Below, one piece after another: positions 27,675-37,321 of a stretch of DNA of 64,000 nt (within the stretch, counting starts at the first letter, position 1; every line of letters starts with the position of its first letter). A program made the position numbers and the translations under genes. Source of the DNA: an uncultured virus (IMG/VR IMGVR_UViG_3300031760_000011). Lineage: Duplodnaviria; Heunggongvirae; Uroviricota; Caudoviricetes. The stretch lies in IMG/VR virus record IMGVR_UViG_3300031760_000011; one strand, written 5' to 3'. Under the pieces are notes generated by a model. It saw only the letters and a list, made by a program, of their open reading frames with translations, ran no database searches and had not been told where the DNA came from.

Positions 27675-29417
27675 ATGACTATACGCCAAGGCTTGACGCT
27701 GTCGCCGTCGCCAATAAACTCTAGCATTTCCGACATGGGTGAACTCGTAAAGCTTGTCGGAAACTCATGGATTCGTATTTATACGGAACTCTTCAATGCA
27801 GCATTACTTTCTATCCCGAAAGAGTTTGTCGGAGCCGACCTGAAAGTTCCTGTTAATAGACGAACGGCTTTCGAGAAATATCTGTTCCCTATTGCTGCAA
27901 ATGCAAACAGAAAAAGAATCGACTGGACTGTCGATAAAATCGACAACCAGCTTTCCGAAACCGATGATATCCGTCTCAAAGCCGGACTCGTTCCTGAAGA
28001 GATGGATTTCGACGCTCCTACTGGAGCAACCCGCATTATTAACCCTAGGATTTCAGACATTATTCCTGAGGTTTTCTTCTCCTACGAGGTTTTCGGGGAG
28101 AATCACGATGCTCTTAACGCTATTAACGGCGGAGTTGTCAAGTTTCCATACGGAGAGATTCCGATGATGACTCTTATCCCTGACAACGATGCGGTAACTC
28201 GCAAATACAATCGTGTTCACGATAAGTGGATTAAAGCAACCGGTGCTCAGTATAAAAACGACACCCCTGTGCTGGAAATCTCCGCTTACTCATTCTTATC
28301 AGACCTCGGAAAGCTTCTCGCTTACTGGGACGCCGATGGAAAGAAACTTAGCGATGAAGGAAACCAGATTGGCGTTGAGATTATTCATAAATGGGTAAAT
28401 TTCACTGTACCTCTTATCATGGTTTCTCTCCGTAGGAACTACGAATGTGGAATCGAATTTGCAAACGTTGTGTTCAATCACTTCCAGCAAACTTTTGAAT
28501 CTGCAACTATCGGCAATCGTTTCTGCTTTGCTGCAACCGACGACTTACTTCACAGCTTAATCGGTAAGCACATGGTTCAGTTGTACGGATTAAAGTTTGC
28601 GGTATCCACAATCGACTTAATTGGTGGTTCGCAGTTCAATGTAGATACATTACTTCAGGAAACTATCCCGAACACAATTTCCGAGGACTACACTAAGAAT
28701 TACATGGACTATCTTGAAGACCTTGGATTCGATTTTGACCCCGTGTTCCAGATTGCAAAGCAGGAACGTGAAGCAACAGTCGATATCGTAGACTACGGTT
28801 TCGATATCATTCTCAATATCCTCTCAAGCTCAGTTGGAATCAACGGATTCGTCGACACTGAGAGGAGATTATCGAGAAACGTTCGCAACATGGTTCGAGC
28901 AATCGAAGAGTATGTGAATATGTGTGGTGATATGTACGTCTATACTATCATCGGACGCATTCTCAATGCTCTCAAAGGTTGTCTCGACCACACTAACTTG
29001 AATGCTTTGGTAACGAAGATTGCAAGTTCGCAGAAAATCAATCCGTCGTCTTCTGGTAAAACGGTTTCGTTCGATAAGATGTATCGTTTCATTCCGTCAA
29101 TTACCGACATCAAGCGTAGTAACTTGGTCGGAACTACCGAGATTGCGCTTGAGTGTAACGACGAGATTAAGCGCATTCTTGACACTAAGCTTTCGTTCCC
29201 TGCAATGCGCATTCTCACAACGGAGTGTAAAGATATCGCTTCATATGAGGACGCAGAGTACATCAAGATGGAAACTGCAATGTACAAGGAAGCGATGAAG
29301 AAGTCGACTGCAAATGTCAACTTCGAGTCTGGAGACAACGTTCTCTTTGCTAACTTCCTTAATAAAGTTGAAGCTGAGGTAAATCGCTGGGAAAAAGAGT
29401 TCCTTGAGACTTACTAA
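27675..29417 (+). CDS. Hypothetical (probably head) protein
   Basis: 580 aa; TFE, ALE, KME, NFE motifs; late promoter. Confidence 0.75.
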   Translation: MTIRQGLTLSPSPINSSISDMGELVKLVGNSWIRIYTELFNAALLSIPKEFVGADLKVPVNRRTAFEKYLFPIAANANRKRIDWTVDKIDNQLSETDDIRLKAGLVPEEMDFDAPTGATRIINPRISDIIPEVFFSYEVFGENHDALNAINGGVVKFPYGEIPMMTLIPDNDAVTRKYNRVHDKWIKATGAQYKNDTPVLEISAYSFLSDLGKLLAYWDADGKKLSDEGNQIGVEIIHKWVNFTVPLIMVSLRRNYECGIEFANVVFNHFQQTFESATIGNRFCFAATDDLLHSLIGKHMVQLYGLKFAVSTIDLIGGSQFNVDTLLQETIPNTISEDYTKNYMDYLEDLGFDFDPVFQIAKQEREATVDIVDYGFDIILNILSSSVGINGFVDTERRLSRNVRNMVRAIEEYVNMCGDMYVYTIIGRILNALKGCLDHTNLNALVTKIASSQKINPSSSGKTVSFDKMYRFIPSITDIKRSNLVGTTEIALECNDEIKRILDTKLSFPAMRILTTECKDIASYEDAEYIKMETAMYKEAMKKSTANVNFESGDNVLFANFLNKVEAEVNRWEKEFLETY

Positions 29418-29420
29418 TTG

Positions 29421-29445
29421 TATGAGGGAGCCTTGCTCCCTCATA
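29421..29445 (+). terminator. Terminator directly upstream of terminase
   Basis: TATGAGGGAG/CTCCCTCATA then TTTT. Confidence 0.75.
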
Positions 29446-29467
29446 TTTTATACTGGAGGCAATTATT

Positions 29468-31873
29468 ATGGCTTATACAAATTATAACGCACCGATAATT
29501 GATATTGACACAAAAAATATGAGTGCTATCAAGGTTTATAAACTCTTAAGAGACCTTGGTGTCAAGAACGCCGGATTTATCCTTGCACTCTATGACCGTG
29601 GATTGAAACATGTAAATCCATTCAGCAATACACTTACAGATGAACAGAAGAAACGCATTCATGCTGAGATAATTCGTAACCCGTGGTACTTTTTCCGTGA
29701 GATTGTACGTATGGAAGTTCCGGGCGGTTTGACGAACTTCCAATTTCATCGAGGTAACGTAGCAATCTTGTGGTGCTTACTTAATAACGTCAATATATAC
29801 GTCGAGCTTCCTCGTCAGCATACAAAGACAGGTTCTATTGCCAGTGTAATGGCGTATAACTTTCTCTTCAGGTCAACGAACACCAAAGCGTCTATGATGT
29901 CGAAAGACCCTGAGTCTGTAAAGAATAACCTGAGAGATATCGTGACGATTATTCAACACCTGCCTCCATATCTCAATATCATGGATAGGTCAAAAGACTC
30001 AATCAATAAAGAGTACATTGAGGTTAAGTCGTCTGGTAATAGTATCATTACTCGTCCGCCTGCAAACAATCCTGACGGCGCACAGAAGAAAGCTCGTGGT
30101 TCTCGTGAACCTGTACAATGGTATGATGAGATTCCGTTCATTGACTACATTGGCGATATCTATAAAGCAAGCTCGAACTCATGGTGGCAAGCCGCACAAT
30201 TTGCAAAAAAGAACGGAGCACCGTATTTCCGTGCATTCTCAAGTACACCAGGTATTCTTGGTACAGAAAAAGGCGACTTCATCTACTACGAGTTTCTTCC
30301 TGGATGTGGTCAATTTGATGAGAAATTATTTTACGACCTTACAGACCAAGAGGTAATTCATGATAAAGTTCGTGAGATTTCATCAAATGACTTTGTCTAT
30401 ATAAAGATGAGTTATCGTCAATGTGGTAAAGGTGAGGAATACTTCCGTGAAATGTGTCGTATTCTTAACAACGACCGCGAATCAATCGACCGTGAAGTTT
30501 TGCTCAAATGGAGTCGTAAGAAGTCTGATTGCCCGTTCTCGAAAGAACAGCTCGACCGCATTCAGCTTTCAGTACGTGCACCTATCGGTACCATCATTAT
30601 TCAGAACTGCTACATTCTGAAGTTTTATGAGAAACCAGACTACCGCAAGAAGTACATCATCAGTGTCGACTGCTCTGGTATGCTTGACCGAGACTATTCT
30701 GCTATTACGGTAACGGACCCACAAACGTTTGCCCCTATTGCAACGCTGCGAAGTAACTCTCGTACTATATACTCAAACACAAATACGTTTGCAAATGCTA
30801 TTGCTGATGTAGCAATCAATATCTTCAAGAAAGCTCTTATAGTAATCGAGAAGAATAACATGGGTATTGCTCTTATCGACAATATTCTTGACAATCATCC
30901 CGAATTGACAGACCGTATGTACTCGTCGTACCTTGAACCATCTGCAAAAGGTATGAATGAGAATGCGTCTATAAGAGATACCGCAGCGGATGCAAATGTA
31001 AACCGTTACAGTGATAAAGTCATTGTGTACGGATTCGATACTTCAAACGTTCGACGATACCAAATGTTTAATGATATCTTAGGTGTAGTTGTGAATGAGT
31101 TGTATGATGTGATTTATGACAATGATATCTTCAACGAAATCAACGATATCGTTTGGAGAGATGGGCGTCTTGACCACCGTATAAAGAACCACGACGATAT
31201 GCTCTTCAGTTATCTGATTGGATTGTGGGTACTGTGCTTTTCACGCATATTGATTACTCGATACAACTATCCGATTGGATACATTCGCCCAATGTCAATT
31301 TTGGACGAACCTGAACCACTCACTTCAAAAGACTTTAACGAATCAATGATTGCTAGTACAATTATTGATTCAATAAAGAAAGACGAAGCTGAGAAAAGAA
31401 AAATTGAACTGGAGATGCAGATTGCAAATCGTCAGATTGCTGGAGATGTGAGTAGAATCAATATCTTCGATAAACCTGACAAGAGCTACTTCAATATCCC
31501 TGTAGCAGATATGAACTCAATGTCATTAGCAGATGCTGCAGATTGGATGTTTGGAGATTCTGGTTCTCTGTTCGATGAAGTTGATGGTCGCGGAGATGTC
31601 GGCGGACCTGAGATTGAGACCGAGAATATGGCTGAGGATATCTTTGATAAGACAAGTCAAATGGATAAAGCTACTCGGGATAAATACGAAGCTGATATTC
31701 AGAAAGGTATTGACATGGAGATTATGCGGAAAAAAGAAAGACTACGTAGTCATTCTGATTCCAGCAGAAACCTCGCATATCGTAGACGTCTTGAGATTAT
31801 GCTTCGTGAAGGAAACGGTCATCTTGATGAGAAACGTATTGAATCGCTAGTCAATTCATTCTTCTCAAATTAA
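29468..31873 (+). CDS. terL: Terminase large subunit
   Basis: NPWYFFREIVR, PRQHTKT (Walker A variant), QWYDE (Walker B), STPG, ISVDCSG and HDDMLFS nuclease motifs, VIEKNN. Confidence 0.93.
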   Translation: MAYTNYNAPIIDIDTKNMSAIKVYKLLRDLGVKNAGFILALYDRGLKHVNPFSNTLTDEQKKRIHAEIIRNPWYFFREIVRMEVPGGLTNFQFHRGNVAILWCLLNNVNIYVELPRQHTKTGSIASVMAYNFLFRSTNTKASMMSKDPESVKNNLRDIVTIIQHLPPYLNIMDRSKDSINKEYIEVKSSGNSIITRPPANNPDGAQKKARGSREPVQWYDEIPFIDYIGDIYKASSNSWWQAAQFAKKNGAPYFRAFSSTPGILGTEKGDFIYYEFLPGCGQFDEKLFYDLTDQEVIHDKVREISSNDFVYIKMSYRQCGKGEEYFREMCRILNNDRESIDREVLLKWSRKKSDCPFSKEQLDRIQLSVRAPIGTIIIQNCYILKFYEKPDYRKKYIISVDCSGMLDRDYSAITVTDPQTFAPIATLRSNSRTIYSNTNTFANAIADVAINIFKKALIVIEKNNMGIALIDNILDNHPELTDRMYSSYLEPSAKGMNENASIRDTAADANVNRYSDKVIVYGFDTSNVRRYQMFNDILGVVVNELYDVIYDNDIFNEINDIVWRDGRLDHRIKNHDDMLFSYLIGLWVLCFSRILITRYNYPIGYIRPMSILDEPEPLTSKDFNESMIASTIIDSIKKDEAEKRKIELEMQIANRQIAGDVSRINIFDKPDKSYFNIPVADMNSMSLADAADWMFGDSGSLFDEVDGRGDVGGPEIETENMAEDIFDKTSQMDKATRDKYEADIQKGIDMEIMRKKERLRSHSDSSRNLAYRRRLEIMLREGNGHLDEKRIESLVNSFFSN

Positions 31874-31883
31874 AAAAAAATAA

Positions 31884-31905
31884 CCTCCCGGGATTTCCCG
31901 GGAGG
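31884..31905. terminator. Terminator between convergent genes
   Basis: CCTCCCGGG/CCCGGGAGG. Confidence 0.8.
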
Positions 31906-31930
31906 CTTCTTGTGGTTTCGTTGTTACAGC

Positions 31931-33073
31931 TTAGCGGTATTTCTTCACGATGAAATTACCTTCAGACTTGTCACAGATGTAAGCCTGCGTTCTGAAGTTC
32001 GTGAAGATTGACTCCGGATAATCCGGATATACCGAGCGGTCGAAGATGTTGAACTCTTCGCGCAGCTCTGTGTGCGGGCTGAATTTAGATACAATCTGGC
32101 GTCTTCTACCATGTTCACGATAGTCGACCAACTGTTCCACGATTGCAAACGGACGCTGACCATTAAGATTCCAAGCATATTCAAATGCCGAAATCGTTGA
32201 TGCAAGTTCTCCGCCAGCCGCGTAGCACGCGTCAATCGGATACACCACAGAATACCCTTTCTGGAGTTTGACAAGTTCTTTCTTGAACTCTTTGTAGCCA
32301 ATCTCCTTGTTTTCCATGCGACGATGAAGTTCAGCTTCACGCTCTTTTGCTGCACGATTCTGATTCTTGAATTCTTCACTGAATGTCTCATCAAGCAAAT
32401 ACATCGTCAGATACATGCTCGGTTCTTCTGCAGCACGTGTTGACTTGTACAAGCGAGAAGATGAACTCTTCGGTGGTACATAGAGACGGACAATGCCGAT
32501 ATCGGTACCGATGAATCCACCAACATAACGTGCAGTAATCTCCTTCCAACGAGGAGTATACAGCAAATCATAGGCAGACCAGAGTTCCTTTTCAGAACCG
32601 TCGGGCTGCTGGAATGTAGGGATGTAGCCCTTGCTGATAGCGTGGACATATACATCCAAGTTATTTGCGCGGTCAGGAATACTATCGACTTCAATAGTCT
32701 CATCTTCCAACCCGTCTTTCTTGAACCAGCACTGGCTGCGCATGATGATGCGTTTCTTATACGGGACGCGTACAAATCCCGCGGCCTCAAGTTCTTCTGG
32801 GTCAAGGTCTCCGAGAGCATCCCTCGTTTCAGGAAGTGTCTCTTTACCTTCGCCAGGAGTGAGATATTCGGCGTCGTGTGAAACCTCTTCGATTTCAGCT
32901 ATATTTCTTTCTTCAGTCTGTATAGCGGCAGGCTGTTCTACAGGTGCTGCTTCATTTTCCGGATTAGAAGCAGATGCTGTAGTCTGTGATACATCAGGCG
33001 TCTGCTGAGATACCTGATTCGGCAGAACTTCCTGAGGTTCGTCAACCGCAGGATTATTCTTTGTTTTAGCCAT
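31931..33073 (-). CDS. Hypothetical protein with acidic disordered N-terminus
   Basis: Start reassigned to ATG 33073 (RBS AAGGAG). Confidence 0.8.
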   Translation of the reverse strand: MAKTKNNPAVDEPQEVLPNQVSQQTPDVSQTTASASNPENEAAPVEQPAAIQTEERNIAEIEEVSHDAEYLTPGEGKETLPETRDALGDLDPEELEAAGFVRVPYKKRIIMRSQCWFKKDGLEDETIEVDSIPDRANNLDVYVHAISKGYIPTFQQPDGSEKELWSAYDLLYTPRWKEITARYVGGFIGTDIGIVRLYVPPKSSSSRLYKSTRAAEEPSMYLTMYLLDETFSEEFKNQNRAAKEREAELHRRMENKEIGYKEFKKELVKLQKGYSVVYPIDACYAAGGELASTISAFEYAWNLNGQRPFAIVEQLVDYREHGRRRQIVSKFSPHTELREEFNIFDRSVYPDYPESIFTNFRTQAYICDKSEGNFIVKKYR

Positions 33074-33134
33074 ATAGAGCTCCTTATAGCGATGGTTTCG
33101 CTTATTTAGATGATGCATATTCTAACACATCAAT

Positions 33135-33953
33135 CTATTCAATTTCAGACAACCACGAATAGTCATCATTCTGTGGTTGTGGCGGAGGAGCACCAAATGT
33201 ATTTGGAGTTGCTCCTGTTGTGTAGTTCTGTTCAGCAGGATTTGGAACCATATGTGACGAACTCGGAGGAACGTCATCATGAACTTCATATTCAACATCA
33301 ATGGTTTCTGCATTATTTTTGTCAAATAATGGAAGTTGGTTTTGCTGCTGCATTGGTGGTAATCCAATACCTCCAATAGGAGGTAAGCTTTGCATAGGTG
33401 GTATTGCTCCAATCATAGATTGTACAAATGCTGCTGTGTTCTGATGAATTGCTTGCATACCAGCCATCATAGCTTGTTCAAAAGCCATCTGCTGTTGTGT
33501 AAACATAGCCATCTGTTGCTGAGTGAAAGCATTATTCGCAGCCATCATTTGCTGGTTCTGCAAAGATAATTGATTCTGCTCAGCAACGTTTCGCTCGTGT
33601 TCAAGAGCAGCTTTTGAATCAGTAATATACTGAACTGAGTCACTCAGGTCTTTCATATTTTGAGCTTCTATTTCAGCCATACGTTCTTCATGCTGCCACT
33701 CTCTAACGAGCATATCCACACTCATAGTTTTCTTTGTAATCGTTGTACTTCCGTCAGGATGTGTCGTAGTTTCTACAATTTCAACCCCTATATTATCACT
33801 ACCATTCGGGGTTATTCCTATAAATCCTGGGTCTAACGGCGGTATAGAAGGTGGAGGATTATTCATCACATTTCCTATATCGTGCCAATTTCCAGATTTA
33901 TGCTGCTTTGGAATAGAATCCATAGCCCTTTCAGTATTAGGGTCACGTATCAT
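33135..33953 (-). CDS. Low-complexity Q/M/P-rich protein
   Basis: 272-aa ORF, FTQQQMAMFTQQQMAF repeat, RBS GGAGG. Confidence 0.8.
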   Translation of the reverse strand: MIRDPNTERAMDSIPKQHKSGNWHDIGNVMNNPPPSIPPLDPGFIGITPNGSDNIGVEIVETTTHPDGSTTITKKTMSVDMLVREWQHEERMAEIEAQNMKDLSDSVQYITDSKAALEHERNVAEQNQLSLQNQQMMAANNAFTQQQMAMFTQQQMAFEQAMMAGMQAIHQNTAAFVQSMIGAIPPMQSLPPIGGIGLPPMQQQNQLPLFDKNNAETIDVEYEVHDDVPPSSSHMVPNPAEQNYTTGATPNTFGAPPPQPQNDDYSWLSEIE

Positions 33954-33970
33954 ATTTGTCCTCCAATAGC

Positions 33971-33980
33971 ATTATGTACA
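33971..33980 (-). promoter_or_regulatory. Putative early/middle promoter motif TGTACATAAT
   Basis: Upstream of 33953. Confidence 0.5.
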
Positions 33981-33993
33981 TTTGTACCAAATG

Positions 33994-34005
33994 TAATTAA
34001 CTGTT
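33994..34005 (-). promoter_or_regulatory. AACA-N6-TA late-type promoter
   Basis: AACAGTTAATTA. Confidence 0.6.
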
Positions 34006-34040
34006 AAATGCTACGTAAATCCTTAAAATATTAGCCGTCA

Positions 34041-34052
34041 AACAATCAATTA
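34041..34052 (+). promoter_or_regulatory. AACA-N6-TA late-type promoter
   Basis: AACAATCAATTA. Confidence 0.7.
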
Positions 34053-34071
34053 CTTTATACTGGAGGATTTT

Positions 34072-34836
34072 ATGAATGACATCTATTCAGAGTTTGAACT
34101 GATGGCTGACGATGATTCATTAAAGAGTCAGGCGATAGCCCAAATGACTGAATCTGATACGACATTCGGTCTAAAAAACTTCGTTGAGATATTTGACAGA
34201 AAGCATTTCATACAACAGCAAGCTCGTACTACCGACGACAACGATGAGGAGTATGATGCTATTGATATGCATGTGCAGAAGCGTGATGAGTTCTATACAG
34301 AAATTATTGCGGCTATGCGTGAGCATATGGGTATATTGCTCGATGTCGGCGGGGATAATATTTTCCCATATATCTCGACAATTTACAATGTCTTTGTGGT
34401 TCGTCGCTACGAGAATCTTGTGGATTTCTTGGTTCGTTATATCAACGATAACAAGGTTATGCTCGCTGGTATGTACCCAAACGACACCGTTGCGAATATG
34501 TCAATCCGCAATGCGAAGAAGCAGTTCCGAAATAAAATAGAAACTATCGTCGCTATTAGGTGTCGCGAGATTACAGAACGTATTTTACTCAACGATGATG
34601 TGATGAATCCTGAGAATATGATTGATTCTCTGTGCTCGATTGCGCCCGATGATTACGAGTATTCTCAGATTCGAAACTTGATGGATACCTGTGCTCTGCA
34701 GTTCGATATCACAAAATATCTTACATGTCAGAAAACGATTCTGTCAAACCCAACGAGTCTTACGTTTGTTACAACAAGCGTCGTTCAGCGAATAACTGAG
34801 ATTTTTATTTCTCTGAAAAATCAGAGCATAAATTAA
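34072..34836 (+). CDS. Hypothetical protein
   Basis: 254-aa ORF, RBS GGAGG. Confidence 0.85.
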   Translation: MNDIYSEFELMADDDSLKSQAIAQMTESDTTFGLKNFVEIFDRKHFIQQQARTTDDNDEEYDAIDMHVQKRDEFYTEIIAAMREHMGILLDVGGDNIFPYISTIYNVFVVRRYENLVDFLVRYINDNKVMLAGMYPNDTVANMSIRNAKKQFRNKIETIVAIRCREITERILLNDDVMNPENMIDSLCSIAPDDYEYSQIRNLMDTCALQFDITKYLTCQKTILSNPTSLTFVTTSVVQRITEIFISLKNQSIN

Positions 34837-34856
34837 TTCTATATAGGAGCGTTACT

Positions 34857-36281
34857 ATGGATGAAGTAACTGAAAAGAAAGAAGACGTTCTTGACCCTGC
34901 TACATCGCAGATGAAAGAACAGGCAGAAGCAGCGGTCGAAAATCTTGCTTCTCAGCAGGACACAGGTTTCATCGAGAACGAAGACCCCACGAAGAACGCT
35001 ACAAAGGTCGAAATTGATCTTGAGGCTAACCGTCCGTTCATTGAAGAAATGCGTGCAAAGATTGCCGCGCTTCACGACCCTGAAGCTATTGAAGAGCTCA
35101 AAAAGTCTTTCAAAGAGATGTCTAACATGGAGTTTGATGAAGCTTCAAAGGGTCTCGAAGAGAAGCGCAAAGCTATCACTGAAGAAATCAATGGCCAGAC
35201 AATCGTTCGTCTTGAGACCGACGAAGAGTTCGCTACTCGTAAAGAAAAAGAGTCGGCTGAAGGAAAACCGGTTGATGCTGAAGCCTCGAAAGATGAGGCT
35301 GTTGCTGAACCTGAGAAACCATCAGAGCCAACTGTGAAAGAAACTGACGACTCTGAAGACGTTACCGACGAAGAACGCACGCAAAACCAGCTCGTACTCG
35401 AACGCCTCGATAAGGCAATCGAAGACCCTGATTCAATGAGAATCACGAAGGATGAGATTGAGAAGATTATCAAGGCAAATATAGGCTTTGATGCTTACAC
35501 TATCAACTTCATCGCCAATGAAATCAACGACGACATCGACCGCATTAAGAACTGGGAAAAGAATCCCGACGGGTCATACAAAGACGAAGAGAATCGCGTC
35601 AAAGCTATCAAGGAAACGCTGGCGGTAAAAGTTTCTACCGAAGAGGTGCTTCGTGCATGGGAAGAAAACAACGACCCTGCACAGCTTGAGAAGCTTTACC
35701 ATATGCGCTACCCTGAGTATGCACAGTTCGGGCCAGGTTCAATCTTCAAGAGCTTCAACGAATACATTACTCGCCGCATTGAAGGAGATCTTGATTGGTG
35801 TGCTCGTGAGATGATTACTCCGTCAAAACAGAATAAAATTATCAAGGACTCTGAAGAGCAGATTTTCAGGTACATTGCAACATCGAACGGCAAACGCTAC
35901 ACACTCAACTCGTTCATTCAGACAATGTGGAGAATCATGGCGCAGCCGCTTTGGGAACGTTTCAACAAAGAGCATCCTGCAAAGTACTCCGACCAGAAGA
36001 AGTTCGTTCTCAATGATGAACCTGTCAAAGCATTTATTGCTACTTACATCTGTTTGATGCTCCGCTGGATGTACAAACATCAGTTCCCAAGACTGAACGA
36101 ACGCAACTTCCAGAAGAAACTGCTTCATCAGTTCTTGCTCGACATTCTCAACCCAATGACTCTCAATCCTGAGCATACAAAGTTCTTGAAAGAGAATCTT
36201 GAAGCGACTATTGACAACGTCATGGTTATTGAGAAGAGATGTGAAGAGCTTAACCGTACGAACTTAAAGAAGCGCAGATAA
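34857..36281 (+). CDS. Acidic helical hypothetical protein
   Basis: 474-aa ORF, RBS AGGAG. Confidence 0.85.
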   Translation: MDEVTEKKEDVLDPATSQMKEQAEAAVENLASQQDTGFIENEDPTKNATKVEIDLEANRPFIEEMRAKIAALHDPEAIEELKKSFKEMSNMEFDEASKGLEEKRKAITEEINGQTIVRLETDEEFATRKEKESAEGKPVDAEASKDEAVAEPEKPSEPTVKETDDSEDVTDEERTQNQLVLERLDKAIEDPDSMRITKDEIEKIIKANIGFDAYTINFIANEINDDIDRIKNWEKNPDGSYKDEENRVKAIKETLAVKVSTEEVLRAWEENNDPAQLEKLYHMRYPEYAQFGPGSIFKSFNEYITRRIEGDLDWCAREMITPSKQNKIIKDSEEQIFRYIATSNGKRYTLNSFIQTMWRIMAQPLWERFNKEHPAKYSDQKKFVLNDEPVKAFIATYICLMLRWMYKHQFPRLNERNFQKKLLHQFLLDILNPMTLNPEHTKFLKENLEATIDNVMVIEKRCEELNRTNLKKRR

Positions 36282-36299
36282 GCGGACATAAGAAAATAT

Positions 36300-36325
36300 A
36301 TCTCCCTCCCGTTAGGGAGGGAGAT
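36300..36325. terminator. Intrinsic terminator
   Basis: ATCTCCCTCCC/GGGAGGGAGAT then TTTT. Confidence 0.85.
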
Positions 36326-36400
36326 TTTTGTGAATCAATTTGTAAAATGCGTGTTGGCATCAATATTAAGAATTGGTGTAATTGTAGCAGTATATTTTCT

Positions 36401-37093
36401 TTACTTTATTTGCTTCTCGTCATATAAAACTCTACATTTCGTCCATATGTAATTAAGAAACTCTTTTGAGGACACGCCGTCTGGAGCTGAGTTATATTGG
36501 TATATCGAATACTTCAACGGACGGGATGGTTCATTGCTGAACTCGTTATTTACAACCATAGACTCAAGTACGAATCTGAAGATATCATGTAAGTTAGTAG
36601 CTGAGAATACGCCACGACAAGGATGAAATACACTCTCTACCCAGTAATACCGAGTAGGCGTGGGGTTTCGTCGATACATTAAGCCATCTTTACTTTCATG
36701 TAAAGCATCATCGAGCATCCAAGGATATACTGTGATTGTATGAGTTCTCAAATCGTCATACTTACGAGTATAAACCATAAGCATAAAGTTCAAAGCTTCA
36801 TGGTCTTCATTTGCAGGAAATCGTTTTATCTGGTAATTTGCAAAGTCCCAGCATATGCCTCCTTTCAATCTTTCGAAATCATTGTAGCTAAGCATATGCC
36901 AGTAATCATGACAAGGAAACTTATCATCGTCATCTGTCATCTTACCTTTATTATCAAGCCAACCGTATGTATAGTCATTCAATTCATTATACATATTAAC
37001 GAGACCTTCAGTAAAATCTCGTAATCTTTTATTTATGGAATTAGCGCATGAATTAATACGAATCAAATGATGCTTTTCATAATTAATTTTCAC
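36401..37093 (-). CDS. Transglutaminase/papain-like fold protein
   Basis: GGICWDFANY...THTITVY...YYWVES (Cys-His-Glu); GTG 37093 preceded by GGAGG. Confidence 0.6.
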   Translation of the reverse strand: MKINYEKHHLIRINSCANSINKRLRDFTEGLVNMYNELNDYTYGWLDNKGKMTDDDDKFPCHDYWHMLSYNDFERLKGGICWDFANYQIKRFPANEDHEALNFMLMVYTRKYDDLRTHTITVYPWMLDDALHESKDGLMYRRNPTPTRYYWVESVFHPCRGVFSATNLHDIFRFVLESMVVNNEFSNEPSRPLKYSIYQYNSAPDGVSSKEFLNYIWTKCRVLYDEKQIK

Positions 37094-37112
37094 AATATCC
37101 TCCAATTATGTC

Positions 37113-37124
37113 CTGAGATTTCGG
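37113..37124. promoter_or_regulatory. Operator-like palindrome (1 mismatch)
   Basis: CTGAGATTTCGG beside RBS. Confidence 0.55.
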
Positions 37125-37137
37125 GGCATTTTTGACA

Positions 37138-37310
37138 AAAAATAACGTTCACGACGTTTTCAAGCGAAAAGTTACCAGGTGGTAACCCACCTGGTTTTAG
37201 GAGTATTACCAATGTGCTCAAACCATCAGAAACTCGTGCGATTAAGTTAGGAGACCAGAATCGCACGATGTTGATTAGTCGTCGGTAAACTATCAACTCG
37301 CTTCGTCGTC
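37138..37310 (-). ncRNA. Candidate multi-stem small RNA
   Basis: AACA-N6-TG promoter puts +1 at 37310, the 5' end of a closing stem; three internal hairpins; ends in TTATTTTTT. Confidence 0.6.
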
Positions 37311-37321
37311 ATAATGATGTT
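37310..37321 (-). promoter_or_regulatory. AACA-N6-TG late-type promoter
   Basis: AACATCATTATG overlapping the primase stop codon. Confidence 0.55.

Noticed and set aside
37138..37310. Hammerhead ribozyme
   Set aside because: CTGATGG deviates from CUGANGA and no GAAA/NUH core is correctly placed.
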